The position numbers and the translations under genes were made by a program. This document shows positions 35,204 through 48,218 of a stretch of DNA of 64,000 nucleotides, piece after piece (position 1 is the first letter of the stretch; each line of letters begins with the position of its first letter). This stretch comes from Bilabrum cf. latius (taxonomy: Eukaryota). The notes under the pieces were generated by a model that searched no databases, had not been told where the DNA came from, and saw nothing but the letters and a program-made list of their open reading frames with translations. Location of the stretch: assembly GCA_965178125.1 (NCBI GenBank), contig OZ237751.1, positions 806,001-870,000 of the forward strand, in the 5' to 3' direction.

Positions 35204-37840
35204 ATGCGTGATGCGGTAGGAAGATCAGGACACCGAGAAAAGGACTCTGAGACTCGAAGTCCTCCGATCAACGCCGATGCAGAACAAAGCGTGCACTCGT
35301 CCAGCGGAGCGACCTGCTTGTGTTGTTGCGATGGCATGGTAAAATGGTATGCAGATCGCGACTGGTCTTGGGTTTGGGAGGACATCGCAGTGCTTCTGTT
35401 CGCCGGGATCGGGGCAGGAGCCGCCGGCTTGATATGGTGGCGAGACGACGATTGGATGGCGGGAAGTCCCGGCATCGCTGTTTGGCGTATTGCAGCCCTA
35501 GCATCAGCATTCATCGCGCTGCTTCCCCCGGTTCGCATCGCGCTGTCGTTCGCGTTCTGGCTCGTCGGGTTCATCGACTGCACACAGACTTGCAGATCCT
35601 CCGTGTTCCTGCTGTCCGCCTTTGACGGCCGACCAGCGACGTATGCGCTCGTATCAATTCTTGCGTGGAGCTTTTCGTACCAGATTTTGAGCATACTGGG
35701 CACGTACCCCGACGGGGAGGGCGGAACCACAACCCGCGTGCGGCCGGGCCAAGAAGACAACCGGCTTCTGATCGACCAGACCTTTGGGTGCCTCCTCACG
35801 ATCGCAATCCTGCTCGGTGCAAGAAACTCTCTCGTTCGTTACGTTCTGTGGGGCGTCCTGCAGCGCCAGGCCCAGGAGCAGGCCCAGCAGCTCGACAGGC
35901 TCTCCACCGTGGCTCGCCGCCTGACTGCGCCAATGCGGAACGGCTGGCTCTGGCCAAATGCAGGAGGCAATGACCCGGCCGGACCGGTCGCGGGGGAGGG
36001 CATGGTGCAAGATCGCACGGGCACACAGCTCCCCGCGCATTCCGCAGCCACCCCCAACACGCCCAATCCGCCCGTCCGTCACCACTCCGTGCGCCGCACC
36101 AGCCGCGCGGGCGGCACCTCACCAGGTGGCGGTGGTGCTGCCGGTGAGCAGGACCGCAGCGACGGCATGACGATGCTGAAGGACATGCAGCGAGCCAACG
36201 CAGCCCGCCTGCGGATGTACGACGAGACGGGAGCGTTGCACTCGGTGCGGCGGGAGGACAGGGCCAGGTACCTCGCTCGACTGGCGTTCCGGAGGGCCTG
36301 CAGGGCCAGGGAACAAGCGGGGGTGCGGGAGGGTCGGCTGGATCGTGGTCGCCCCGGGGTGCAGTTTGGCCCCCAGCTGCCGGGGAACACCCGACCCCTG
36401 TCTCGGGGGTCACCCCCAGCGGAGGGTGTCCCCGACAGGGGGTCAGGTGCCGGGCAGGGGCAGGGCCAGGGCCAGAACGGTCCCGGGCTGCGGCTGCGGC
36501 GTGGCGCCGGCAAGCAGGAGCACGAGCATGAGCAGGAGCAAGAGCAATAGCAGGCGGTCGCCGAAACGGGCGCGGGCACAGGCAGTGTGGAGGTGAGCTT
36601 GGGTATGGCCCCGGGCAGGGCGGCCAGGATCAGGCCCAGGGGACCGGGGGATGGGGAGATGGGCAGCGAGGAGCGGGGCTCCAGTCGCGGCGGTGGCGGT
36701 GGATCCGACCGCGACGAGACCGAAGATGAAGATGACGACGAGAGCACCACACCGTCGGTGGGCAGCAGGGGCATGCAGGCGGTGGTGGGCCAGCCCTACC
36801 GCTGGATCAAGGGGCTCTTTGCGCCGGTGAAGAAGGAGCACAAGGACTCGCAGCCCGGCGATGAGGACTTGGAGCTCTTGCAGGAGGATTTCGAAGCGCT
36901 GGTTCGAGACCCGGAGGCGTCTGAGGAGGCCTTCCGGTTTTTCGACACGAGCGAGGACGGGAGTGTGAGTATGGGGGAGTTCCAGGCGGGCTTTGCCAAG
37001 CTTCTGCAGGCATTCGCTGCTGCCAAGAGCGCGCTCGTTGGGCAAGGCACGGTGTCCCACGCGATGGACCGGTTCGCCGACTTTGTGTACGGGCTGGCTG
37101 CGGCCATCGTGATCCTGAGCTTCTACCGAGTGCCTGTGGCGTCCCTTTTCGTTCCCATCAGCAGCGTGCTGCTGTCCATGTCCTTTGCCTTGGGCCCTGC
37201 GATTTCCAATGCGGTGACCTCCTTCGTGTTCGTGGTGATGGTGCGGGCGTACGACGTGGGGGACAGGGTGTCCATCGCTACCATCAACCAGGGCGGCACT
37301 TTGCTCGTGGAGGAGATCGACGTGCTGACCACCACGTTCGGGCAGCCGGTGACTGGCAAGCAGCTCAACATCGCCAACCACGTGCTTGCCCAGGCACCCA
37401 TCGAGAACCTCAAGCGGTCTCCGAATGTGACCTTCACCATCGACGTGGACGTCGGCCGAGACACCACGGCCCAGCAGCTCTCGCAACTGAAGGAAGCGAT
37501 GCTCACTTACCTCGCAGCGTTTCCCAAGGAGTGGAAGCCCGACCTGACTCTGTCCGCGCTGGATGCCCTGGCTGGGGAGGGGTGCATGCTGCGGATCCGG
37601 TTCTGGGTGCGGCCGCGCAAGGGATGGCAGGAAGGCGCGAAGATCTACAGGGCTCGGTCAGCGTTTGTGGTGGCGCTTCTGGCCGAGATGAAGCGCCAGA
37701 ACGTGGAATACGTGATGCCCACGCGGCCGGTGCGACTGGACGCGGGCGCCAGCGCGATGGGCGGGCACCTGGCTGCCAGCAGGGCGCGGGGACAATCACA
37801 GGCGCAGATGCAGGGCGCCAACGGCGAGTAGTGGTAGTGA
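35204..37840 (+). CDS. MscS-family channel with EF-hand-like motif (paralog 2)
   Basis: ORFs 35204 and 36587 are joined at TAG 36548. FDTSEDGSVSMGEF; RAYDVGDRV; IENLKRS. Ends TAG-TGG-TAG-TGA (TGA 37838-37840). Confidence 0.9.
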
Positions 37841-38091
37841 GTGCTGAAGACTCCTTTTTTCTGTTGGGGTTCGCTTGCTGTAGTCCGCGCGGAATGATCT
37901 GTGCGGTTCGCGAAGGTTCCGGAACCTTCGGTTCTTCCGTTCAGCGTGTTTGGAGACATCATATTCTATTCCTTCCTTCCTTCCTTCCTTCTAGATTTTG
38001 TACTTTATTGGCAGAACGGAGTGGGGTTTGCGGGCACAGTTTGCCGTAAATATATAGTTTGGTAGTAGTAGCAGGCAATATTGCTCTCAGT

Positions 38092-40983
38092 ATGGAGCAA
38101 TTTCCGGCTGGTTCAACCTCGAGCACGGGCACCGCGCACCCATCACGTGGCGGCGACACGCAAAGAAGCGACACGGCCGCTGCTGGGGCATCTCCAGGGC
38201 GCACTCTGCATAGAAAATCAACATCTACAAGCGCGATGATGGTTCTGCGCACTAAACAGGAAAAGTGCTGCTCCTGCTGCGGGGAGTACTCGTGGGATTG
38301 GTGGCTGGACGCTGAAATGCTGGTGATGGCTGCCCTGGTCGGCATCGCAGCCGCAATCCTGTGGTGGCAGGGTCACGATGAAAGAGTTGGTGGCATTGAG
38401 TGGTGGCGAATAGTCAGCCTATTTGCCGCTTCGTTCGCTCTTCTTTCACCCGCGAGGCTCGTAACAAGTCTCGGGTTCTAGCTTGTGGCGCTGTGCGACT
38501 GTACCGAGGGATGTCGCTCGGCAGTATTCCTTCTTTTTGCATTTCAAGGTTATTCTTCCATGCTCACTTTGGTTGGGATCCTGGCATGGCGATTCTCGTA
38601 CAGCGTGCTGGGCATTGCCGGAAGGAATAGCAGGACTCCAGGCGAAGGCCACGAGGATACCGCGAACCTTATCGACCAATGGTTGGGATGCATCATCACA
38701 ATTGCTGTTTTACTGGGTTTTCGCAACGCGATGGTCCGCTACATTCTTTGGGGCGTGCTGCAGCGGGCAGCAAGCGAGCAGCGCCAGCAGCTGGCTCGAT
38801 TACAGGGTATCGCCGCATGTGTGACTGCACCCATGAGACCCGACTGGAGCTGGCCCGATGAAGAAGAGGCAATAGAACCAACCAATACAGACCCAATTTC
38901 GGGAACTCAGGCCGCCGAAACGGGACAGGAAAACGAGAGAAGCGCGTCGTCCGACGCGAGCTCCAAGGAAAAACAGCTGAAGCAGCAGCCCGTGGCACGG
39001 GCCCGGCAAGAGACAGAGAGTTCAGTGTCCGGTGCCCCCGGACGCGCGGCTGAGCCCGCGTCCCCCGCCGCAGTCAGCTTCCGCGTGGCTACTGATGGGG
39101 CAACGCCTTCCCCCGCAGCCCCCAGTGCAGGAGGGGGCCCCAGTGCAGCGATGCCTCCCTCTCCTTCGGCCCGCATGGCGACGATGCGGCGGCGGCTCAG
39201 AGCCTTTGGGCTGAGCAAGGGCACGCGGCCTGTTCTGGGCTTGGGGAACACGAGCTTCTCCGCTGCGAGCCCGTCGGGCCTCGCGCCGAGCAGCCTCGGT
39301 AGCATAGGCATAGATGAATCAGACGCAGAGGGCTTGCACCCCTGGGGGGAGGGCGAGGGGGAGGGGGAGGGGGAGTGGCCACCGGGGATTGGCGGCGTTG
39401 CAGATGGCAGTGTGATCATTGACGACGCAGTTGAAGCCGAGGATGAAGTTGCTGAGGCAGTGGCTCGGGATGGCGAACACGAGCTGGGGCTGCACCAGCA
39501 GCTGCAGCTGGCGAGGAGTGCTCGTCTGCGCATGTATGATGAGACCGGCGAGCTGCGGCCCGTCAGGCGAGCGGACACGGCTCAGCTGCTCGCCAGGCTG
39601 GCCTTCAAGAGGGCGTGCAGGGCCAGGGACAGCAAGCGCGGGCGGGTGCAGGGCAATGCAGCGGTGCAGCCCGGGCCAGGGAACACATAGGACTCCAGGG
39701 GGAGCTCCCGGGCCTCTTCCAGCGCACCTGCTGATGCTGATGGGGCTTCCAAGGAGCCGCTCGTGCAGCCATAGCCGCCCAACGGCAAGGCGAGCGGCAG
39801 CGGACCACTCACGACTACGACTGCAGCCAACGTGGGTGGACCGCAGTCCCATTTGCCCGCAGCCAAAGTGCCCAGCCCCGGTCCGCTGGATGCCGCCGTG
39901 CCAGCTTTGGTCGGCCCATTGTACGCGGGCGTGCACAGCCTGTTTGACCAGCCGGGGCCTCACCGTGGGCTCGGCGCGCGGGTGCCTGGCTAGGGTCGGG
40001 CACCCGGGGGTGTGCTTCTGGAGATGACAGGTGACGATTTCGCCGCCCTTGTGTGGGACCAGGAGGCGGCCGAAGAGGCCTTCGCTTTCTTCGACGTGAG
40101 CGAGGACGGTGTGGTGACCCAGGACGAGTTCGAGGATGGATTCGTGCGATTGCTGCAGGCGTTCTCCAATGCCCAGAGCGTGCTGGCGGGGCACAACACG
40201 GTGTCACACGCGATGGACCGGTTCGCCGACTTTGTGTATGGGATGGTCGCCATCGCTGTCTTCATGATGTTCTTCAACATCCCGGCCACGACCCTGTTTG
40301 TCCCCCTGGGCAGCGTGCTGCTGCCCCTGTCCTTCGCCCTCAGCAGCGCGATCTCCAACGCGCTGACCTCCTTCGTGTACGTTGTGGCCCAGCGACCATA
40401 CGACGTGGGCGACAGGGTGCACTGCGAAAAGATAGCGGAGGACGAGGTGCTCGAGGTGGAGCACATCGCGATCCTGCAGACAGTCTTCCGCAAGGTGCAC
40501 TCAGGGAAGGAGGTCACCGTGCCAAACCAGGTGCTGGCATTCACGCCCATTGAGAACCTCAAGCGGTCCCCTGACGTGACCTTCACCATCGACGTGGACG
40601 TCGGCCGAGACACCACGGCCCAGCAGCTCTCCGAGCTGAAGCGGGTCATGCTCGGGTATCTGGCAGAGCACCCGCGCGAGTGGAAGCCCGACCTGACTCT
40701 GTCCGCGCTGGATGCCCTGCCTGGGGAGGGGTGCATGCTGCGGATCCGGTTCTGGGTGCGGCCGCGCAAGGGCTGGCAGGACTGGAACAAGATCTACAAG
40801 GTGCGGTCTGGATTCGTGGTGGCGATGCTAGCGGCCATGCAAGAAGCCGGCCTGGAATTCAAGCTGCCCACGCAGCCCGTGCGGCTGGACCGCGCGGTGA
40901 GCCTGGCGGCGGCCGAGGCAGCGGGCCAGGGACCCAAAGGATGGTCAGGGGCAGGCATTGGGGCCGGACGCAAGTCAGATTGA
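38092..40983 (+). CDS. MscS-family channel with EF-hand-like motif (paralog 3)
   Basis: 4 in-frame TAGs. FDVSEDGVVTQDEF; RPYDVGDRV; IENLKRS. Collinear with paralogs 1 and 2. Ends TGA. Confidence 0.9.
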
Positions 40984-41100
40984 CCCGATCCTTGCCTCCT
41001 ATGGAACTTCCGGTTTTCCAGCGCCGATGACGTGTGTCGTTCCAAATTTTATTTTATTTGTCGTGTGGGTTATTATCAAATGGAATCAAAATCACATTGA

Positions 41101-42453
41101 ATGGTGGACATGCATCTTCAGCTGAGCCCTGGATCAGAGTCTGCTGAGGCCTTGGAAGCCGTGTACGGAGACGCAGTATCCTATCCACTGCGGCAGCACA
41201 TGCAAATCCAAGTTTCCTCTCGTGTTGCTCTGCGAGTCGGCCCAAAGGATCAGCTAAGTCAGGGCGTCTCTTTTTCAAGATCTGCTCCACCCGTTGCTTG
41301 TACGGTGCACGTGAATGGGAAGGTTTGCGATACGATGCAAAGCGTTCCGCAAGCTGCACTCGATGAGTCCCTGGAGGCAGACGCGTCAGACGTAGCTGGA
41401 GCATTAATTGCAGCTGCCAGCGCTGCTGCATCAATCGATGCTTCGGCGTCGGCAGCTGTTGAAACACCGCACCCCGCCGCAGCTGCTTCCAGCACAACAG
41501 CCTGTGGCGCTTCAGAGTGCGAACCCAGCTAGTAGCTGCGTTTCGCCGTAGTGCGAATCGATCACATGCGGCGACCAGGCCCCTACAAGGACAGTGTGCT
41601 GAATTTCGTTCGGTCCAGCGGGGTGCACGGCGCTCTGGTGCAGCAAGGCAGGCACATTCTGGTGCTGCTGTGCGGCTCTAGAGCGAGCATCTCGAGATAT
41701 CTCCGGATGCACCGCACCACGCCGGTCGATGTGGACAGCAAGGGCCGCAGATGCAAGGAGAAGAAAATGGACGTCTTGTGGGAGGGGGACAAGGACGATG
41801 AACGAGGCGTGCTCGGCCCCACTGCCCTCGCCCTTGCCCTCACCTCGAAGGGAGAGGCCAGCGGAGGTGCCTCCGGTCCTGTCACTGCCAGCGGAGGTGC
41901 CTCCGGTCCTGCCACTGCCAGTGGTGCTGCGGCTGGTGCTGATGCGCGGAACCCGCTGGCTGCATCATTGGGCGCTGGGGCCCCGCGCGGCAGCAGTAGT
42001 GGCAGCAGCACCTCCCCATCGATGACACTACAGTGCGATGCACCCGCACGGCCGAGCCTGCCTCTGGCAGTATGCGCCGAGGTGTCCAGTCCAGCCCACC
42101 TGCTGGCCCTGATGCGGTGGTGGACGGGGCGGGACGCAACGAGCGGAGACGGCGGCAGGAAGTTCAGGTCTGTAAAGTGTGACGAGTGCGCCGCAGTTCT
42201 GTCCCGATTGCTCTGCTGCGGCCCGGCGGACCTTGCACGCATCGAGGCGGAGGCGGAGGCACTGGTGCATGGGCGGGAAGCGGGTGATGGAGGGCACTGC
42301 AGCTCGGGGAAGGGTGTGCCTGCAAGTAAATGCCAAGCAAAAGGTGCAGGAAAGGGGAGGAAGGTCGATACAGCTCACAGGACACGCAAGACGGGGTGGG
42401 AGGTGCAGGAGGCTGCGTGCCTGCGCATACTCGGAGTCTTGCCCGACACGTGA
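41101..42453 (+). CDS. RWDD3: RWD domain-containing protein 3 (RSUME)-like
   Basis: RWD start EALEAVYGD. C-terminal IDHMR..Y..G....G.HILVLL.G....I..YL....T.PVDVDSKGRRCKEK matches RWDD3. The two parts are joined through TAG-TAG at 41530-41535. Ends TGA. Confidence 0.85.
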
Positions 42454-42508
42454 CACACGAATGCACGGATGCAATCGCATGCTAGACCTGACAACACCAT
42501 TGAACATG

Positions 42509-44454
42509 TCATACCATGCCTAGTTTCCCCCTCTCCTTCTTGCCCTCCTCTGCTTCCCTCCTCCACGCCCTCGCCTCCCCCTCCTCTACCAGGGGAAATC
42601 CCCTGTCCTCTTCCATGTCCCTCCTGTGCGCCTCCAGCTGGTCCCAGATCAGAGCCCAATCTTTCTCGGGGTGCACCAGCACCGGCCCCGGGAACTGCCT
42701 CACTGCATCGATGGCCACAGAGGCATAGTCCAAGTCAGCACCTTCGTCCATGTCTCCATGTGATCCGAATCCTTCACCCGAGTCAAGCCTGCCAGGAGAA
42801 TAGCTACCTCGTGCACCCAGCTCCACATCACCGTCCCTCTCCTTCTCCCTCTCGCTCCCGCCGTCGGTGATCCCGTACCCCTCATTCACTGCCAGAGGGC
42901 TCCTCAGCTGCATCAGCAGCCCGTTGAATTGCAGCAGCTCCAGCCCCTTCGGCCACTCACGGGGCGGGACCGCCATTAGATCAGGGAGATGCCTCACCAG
43001 CGCCCGCAGCTCGGACCCCCACAGCTTGTTGAGCAGCCACACGAGCTCGAGGCACCCCGGGTCCGACTCGTGGGCGCAGTAGTCGAGCTTGTACTTGATG
43101 CTCAACGGCGGGTCATGCTCTCCCCAGCTGGACCGCAGGAAGCACGGCGACGCCGGGTTGGTCAGGTTGTATTTGCACATCCCCAGTAGAGGAGGCATGC
43201 CCAGCTCTCTTGCCTCCCTCAGCCGGACCCAGTCGTCCTCGTCCGTCGCGCCCTTGGAGTCGTGGCCCACCGGCCCGCCGGGCTCCTTGTCCGTCGCGAA
43301 TGAGTATTCGTCCATGCGCTCCCGTGGGTCGGTGCATTCCTCCGCGGCGGCTCGCGGGGCCTCACCGGAGGAAGCGAGCACGAACTGCTCGTTGGCTTCG
43401 AGCAGCTGCGCGAACGGGTCCTGCAGGCCCTGCAGCTTGGCCCACGTGGCGTTGGTGCCGTCCGTCCACGGCATGGACTTCCACCACATTGTCACCGCCT
43501 GGTTGCGTCCTGGGTGCGAATAGACCCAGTGCCACCAGTACTGCGGGAGATACAGGCAGTCTCCAGCCGACACCGTCACCGCGATGGTGCTCGCTTCCAG
43601 GGCGTCCGGGTGTGCCTGCGTGTCAACGTCCAGCGGATTGATCGGACTGACGCCGATGCTCTTGCCTTCGTCTGCATACAGCTTCTTCGATTCGCTGGGC
43701 GGCAGCAGCACGACTGTCTTGGTGCCTTGCACGACGCACAGCATGCTGCGAGATGGCGGACGGTGGAATGAATCGCAGCAACTGCGGGGTGTTTCGTATC
43801 TGTGATGGCCGTATCCGAGTGCTGGCCATATTTGGCGTCTCACTTTTCATCCGTGTCGATGTGAATCTTAGAGGCAGTGGCCCCTGAGCTCTGCCACATG
43901 TAAGAGACGAAAAACTTGCTCGTAATGGCGGGGCACGTCATGTGCCTGGGCATGCGAACGTCTTTCATCAACGGAGGAGCTATTTCATCCACAAGGTATA
44001 TATCGGAGTTGTTGTAACGGTCGAGAAAATCGGCAATCGTGACATCTGGAAGAAGCGTGTCCTTGTCGTCGTCCTTTGTCTCGAGGTGGCGAACCGTGGA
44101 GCCTACCGTGGTTTTGAGGTACGCATCAGTCCACCTGTGCCTCGCGGGCCACTCCTACGATCCATTTACAAATAAAACGGGCTGATGCTGGAGCACGTAT
44201 TCATTTAGGAACGTCTCCGGTGGCATCGTCCGGTCTACTTCAACCACACCACGGACTGGTGGGCGGTGACAGCCTAGAACGTGGTCTCCTTTGGACAGCA
44301 CAATATTTTGCAGATGCTATACAGAAGCCTTGGAGTTGTCTGAGTCGGGTCCGAGCGGTGGAAGCGGGTGTAGCCCGACGCTCGCCGCAAGAATCCCATC
44401 CACGGCTGGCAAAAGCAACCCGCAAAACATAAAGCTAGTTCCGCGGTACCTCAT
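42509..44454 (-). CDS. JmjC/cupin-like 2OG oxygenase, probably with signal peptide; intron 43746-43843
   Basis: FLNEYVLQHQPVLF..EWPARHRWTDAYL. Splicing gives SKIHIDTDENMLCVVQGTK (HxD). GDCLYLPQYWWHWV. 2 TAGs; ends TGA. Confidence 0.9.
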
Positions 44455-44861
44455 GAAAACGATTCTAGATGACAACACGAAAATGGATTCGTTTCGCAGC
44501 GAGGCGAGCACCCGTGTGAGAACGACGAACCCTACTTATTGGGGTTCGCGAACGTTCGCTGTGGTAGTAGCGCTCGCTTCTGTTGGGCTCGATACAAACA
44601 CTAGAAGAATAAAAAAAATCCCTCAAGTTATACAATCTAAGCGAGAGTTTGTTCTCTCCATTGTTCGTAAGATTTCACGGGACCGACTCAGCATCAACTC
44701 TGCCAGGGCGTAGGTACTCATGGCACGGCGGCCTCCATATGCTTGGCACTCACCACGAGGGGAGCGTTCGGTTGGTTACGTAATACAACACCAATGCGTG
44801 TACGGCCCCCGTATCAGTTGCTCAAGTTTCAGAGTAGAGCGCACTTGCCCCTGCTCTCCTT

Positions 44862-45650
44862 TCACACGAGCTCACCGGCGGGGCCACTGGCACCACTGGC
44901 AGTTTCGTTCGAGGGGAAAGCGACAACCACCCTCCCGCTAGATAAAGCGGCGCTGAGTTGCCGTCGATTCATCCATACATACATGCAAGGATCTACAAAC
45001 AATGTCACAATAAATGTGGCAATCGTAGCGATGATGGGACCGCGCTCCCAGCCGCATCCATTAAGACTGTCTATCATGTTGGCACCTGCCACCATGAAAA
45101 CGAAAAGCCCTACACATATTCTAATTTTCGTCGCTCTGTTGTTGCCACAGTTCTACCCTGCGGACCGGCATACCCATTCCTCCATCACGTGCAGCGGCTT
45201 GCCGGGCAAAGCCAGGACACGAAGGACGCCCGACTCCCTGCCCTGCCGAAACGACTCAGAATTTACCCCCAAATCCTTCTCTACTACAACTTGTGTTGAA
45301 TTACTTGCAGAAGTGTCAACTCGAATGGTCAGGTAGTACTCTTTATGGTCGAAACAAGCCGACGTCTCTTCGCGGTGTCCGACAACACTGGCTAATTTCG
45401 GTATCCCATCGTCTCGCAGGCGAATAAGGTCCGGCTCATGGTCTGCCAGATAAAGCGGCAGTGTTGTAAATAGGCTCATTGCCACAAACAACGCCCAAAG
45501 CGGGGCAAAATAGCCTGAGGAAGGTATGGTGTACCGCAAGAAGTCTATTGAGTCATCACTATCATCCATATCGGCGTCGTCTGTCTGCTCGGCGATACCA
45601 TGAGCAGAAACGCAAAAGCAAACGAAAAGCAAGAGGCTTTTTCCTACCAT
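44862..45650 (-). CDS. Small membrane protein (signal peptide, TM, beta-rich domain, 2 TM); paralog A
   Basis: ORFs 45153..45737 and 44862..45095 are joined at TAG 45153. Clear similarity to 47140..47964 (RLRDDG, RESG.LRV.ALP..PLHVMEE..CRS). Ends TGA. Confidence 0.75.
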
Positions 45651-45960
45651 TGTACTACTTCCTTTTGAGTGCAGTGGACATCCCATCGATTCTGCACCAA
45701 GAGAGAGAGAGAGAGAAAATAGAGTTTTCGCACGCAATTCAATACCAGAGACAATCCGAGGACTGCCACCAAAGTAACGCGCACCTTAACAGGGGACCCA
45801 GCTGTACCCGCGTTGGCGGAGCCAGTCAGGACCTGAAAAGGCCTCTGAAGAAATAGTTGGTCTGGTTAAGACCGATACATGCCTAGGACCCGTGTCCTAA
45901 GCGCATCGCGTTGAGATCTCCTGGGAGTCAGACCCAGTCGAACGTCCGCAGTGAGGGAGC

Positions 45961-46617
45961 ATGCGCGAGGAAGGCCTGGCGAGGCGTGGGGGGGTCAACA
46001 CCAAGAACCGCAAGCAGCTGAAACGAACGTTCACCTCGTGGCTGTGCCCGTATATCCTACGGGACGCGACTGCACTGCTGAAGTCGAGCTCCAGCACGCA
46101 CGCTGCCGGTATACTGCGCGAAGCAGAAACGATGCACCCGGTAGCGACAGACGCCTGGGCAAAGTTTGACGAGGACTCTGTAGGCATGAAATACCTACAG
46201 AGCTGCATCGGTTTGGACAATTCCCGGATCCTCGGCCCTTCGGCCATGCCGGCGATAGCACGGAGCACCTGGCGAGGCCGAGACGGCCGCCTCATCCTAC
46301 GATGGCTCACTGGGCGTTACCCTCGGGAAGGGACCATGCACCACAGAGGAGAACGCTCGGTACAGGCCGAGATGATGCGCGCGGAAGCCACGCACACGGA
46401 CGTACCCTGGGCACCCACGGCAGTGGGGAGAGCACTATGGATGGAACACGTCAAAACGGAGCAGGTGCTGACACAGGAACACCGAGGGGACGCAGACTCC
46501 TTGGAGCTCTCTATCGTCCAAGGCACCCTCGAACAACTCCAAGAACGGTGCCGACGTGCAATCCGACGCTTGTAGCAGAGGGCCAATGAGAGCTTCGGCC
46601 AAGCATCTGAGCCGTGA
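45961..46617 (+). CDS. Hypothetical 218-aa ORF, possibly a 3' fragment of a non-LTR retroelement ORF
   Basis: 204-aa ORF extended through TAG 46573 to TGA 46615-46617. RLILRWLTGRYP weakly recalls post-RT regions of LINE-like ORFs. No RT motif seen. Confidence 0.35.
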
Positions 46618-47139
46618 AACCGGAATACTACTAGCACAAGCAAAGCACGCGCCGCATGCAGAGTCCCAAATGGTGCCACCAGATGCATTGCAAATCCAAG
46701 TCCAGAACATGCACTGCTGAAGCATGAGTACATTTCGCTGCTGGTGTATTGGAGGGCATCAGAGCTGAGCCAGCCCATGCCATGGCGACAGGGGGCACAA
46801 TACCAGGCCCGGGGGCTGCATGACGGCCTCGAGTGACAGCGGCAACGAGGCATGCAGGGCATCTATAGGACAACTGTACATTGCGCAACAAGATTATGTG
46901 CAATCATGGCACATGCGACTTCCTGCCTAGTATACCCGTGCCATCCCATGGCTCCTGATGGCGTCATCCTGGATGGCACCCGCTGGCCACGGGCACTGCT
47001 ACTAGTAGTAGTAGTAGTGGCGGGGCTGTGCGTTCCTCGATGCCAGTAGACGACATGCCGCGAGCACAGTCGTACGCAAGTCCTCGATTTTGGGATGGCT
47101 GCGCTTGCCACTCCATTTCACCGACGGTCTCTCTCGCCG

Positions 47140-47964
47140 TCACAGTATGGCTGCTGGCGTGCTGCTGGCAGCCAAAGCATCCGCCGCTGGCATTGACCCC
47201 TCTGTCTATGGACCGCTGCCAGAGGCAGTGGCGCTGCTCGCAGCGGGCAAGATTTTGCCACTGCTTAGCTCCTTGCGGGCAGACACTGTAACGGATCCCT
47301 TGACGAGAGTGGGGAGCCCGAGCAGCGTCATAACCTGCGTGATGGCTACGCCTAGGGTGGGTCCGAGCTTCCAGCCCCGGCTGTGCAGTACGAGCAGCAC
47401 CGCCGAGTTGAAGAAAACCCACATTAGACCTGCAGTTACTATAGTACTTGTGGTTTTCCAGTTGAAACCAAAATTGGAGCCTATCGACCGGCATTCTTTT
47501 TCCTCCATCACGTGTAGCGGGTGTTCTGGAAGAGCAACAACTCTGAGTTGGCCCGACTCCCTCGCCCGCTCGAACGTCTCAGCATCCACCATAATCTCCT
47601 TCTCCACGGTCACTCTGTTTGCAGTCTACTCTGAATACGCGACCTGGACCGTCAGGTGGTATGTATCGGGTGGACTATTCGACACGCCATGCTCACGAAC
47701 GACTAGGTGATTGACGACTCTTGCTACTTTGGTCAATCCATCGTCACGCAGGCGTAAGAGATCTTCCTGGCGATCATGATAGTACATTCCTAGCGGGTAG
47801 CAATTGTTAAAGGCTGCCAGGAGTAGCAGCATCACAATTGCGAACCCCATCCCTGTCTGGTCTACCGCGGTGTAGTCTTCCTCTGCATCTCCCGCATTCT
47901 CGGCAACAGTTTGAGAGGCAAAACATGCATTCAATACAATAATTAAGTAGGTTTTTGGTGTCAT
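47140..47964 (-). CDS. Small membrane protein; paralog B
   Basis: ORFs 47626..47964 and 47206..47613 are joined at a TAG; second TAG at 47206. Ends TGA 47140-47142. Homologous to 44862..45650. Confidence 0.75.
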
Positions 47965-48218
47965 TTCGTCGCTCTATCCTTGCAGGTGCGGACTCGGTGC
48001 CATCGATCGAAATAACCGGAACCCTGTAGGAAGCGAGCGCGACGGTCACCACGAGTGCACCACAGGAAGTAGAGCGCCCAATTGCGCCTTGCAATCCCCG
48101 TTCCCTAGCCTGCAAACATTTCTTATGTCTTCTCTTACCTCAGCCGCCCGCAGGTCCTCCCTCCGCACATCCGCCCCCGGAATCAAGCACTCACCACACG
48201 AGGGCCTGCAGCGGCCCA

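Noticed and set aside
37969-37991. (TTCC)n run, and short ATCCG repeats near 20830 and 34920
   Set aside because: Short simple repeats with no evidence of function.
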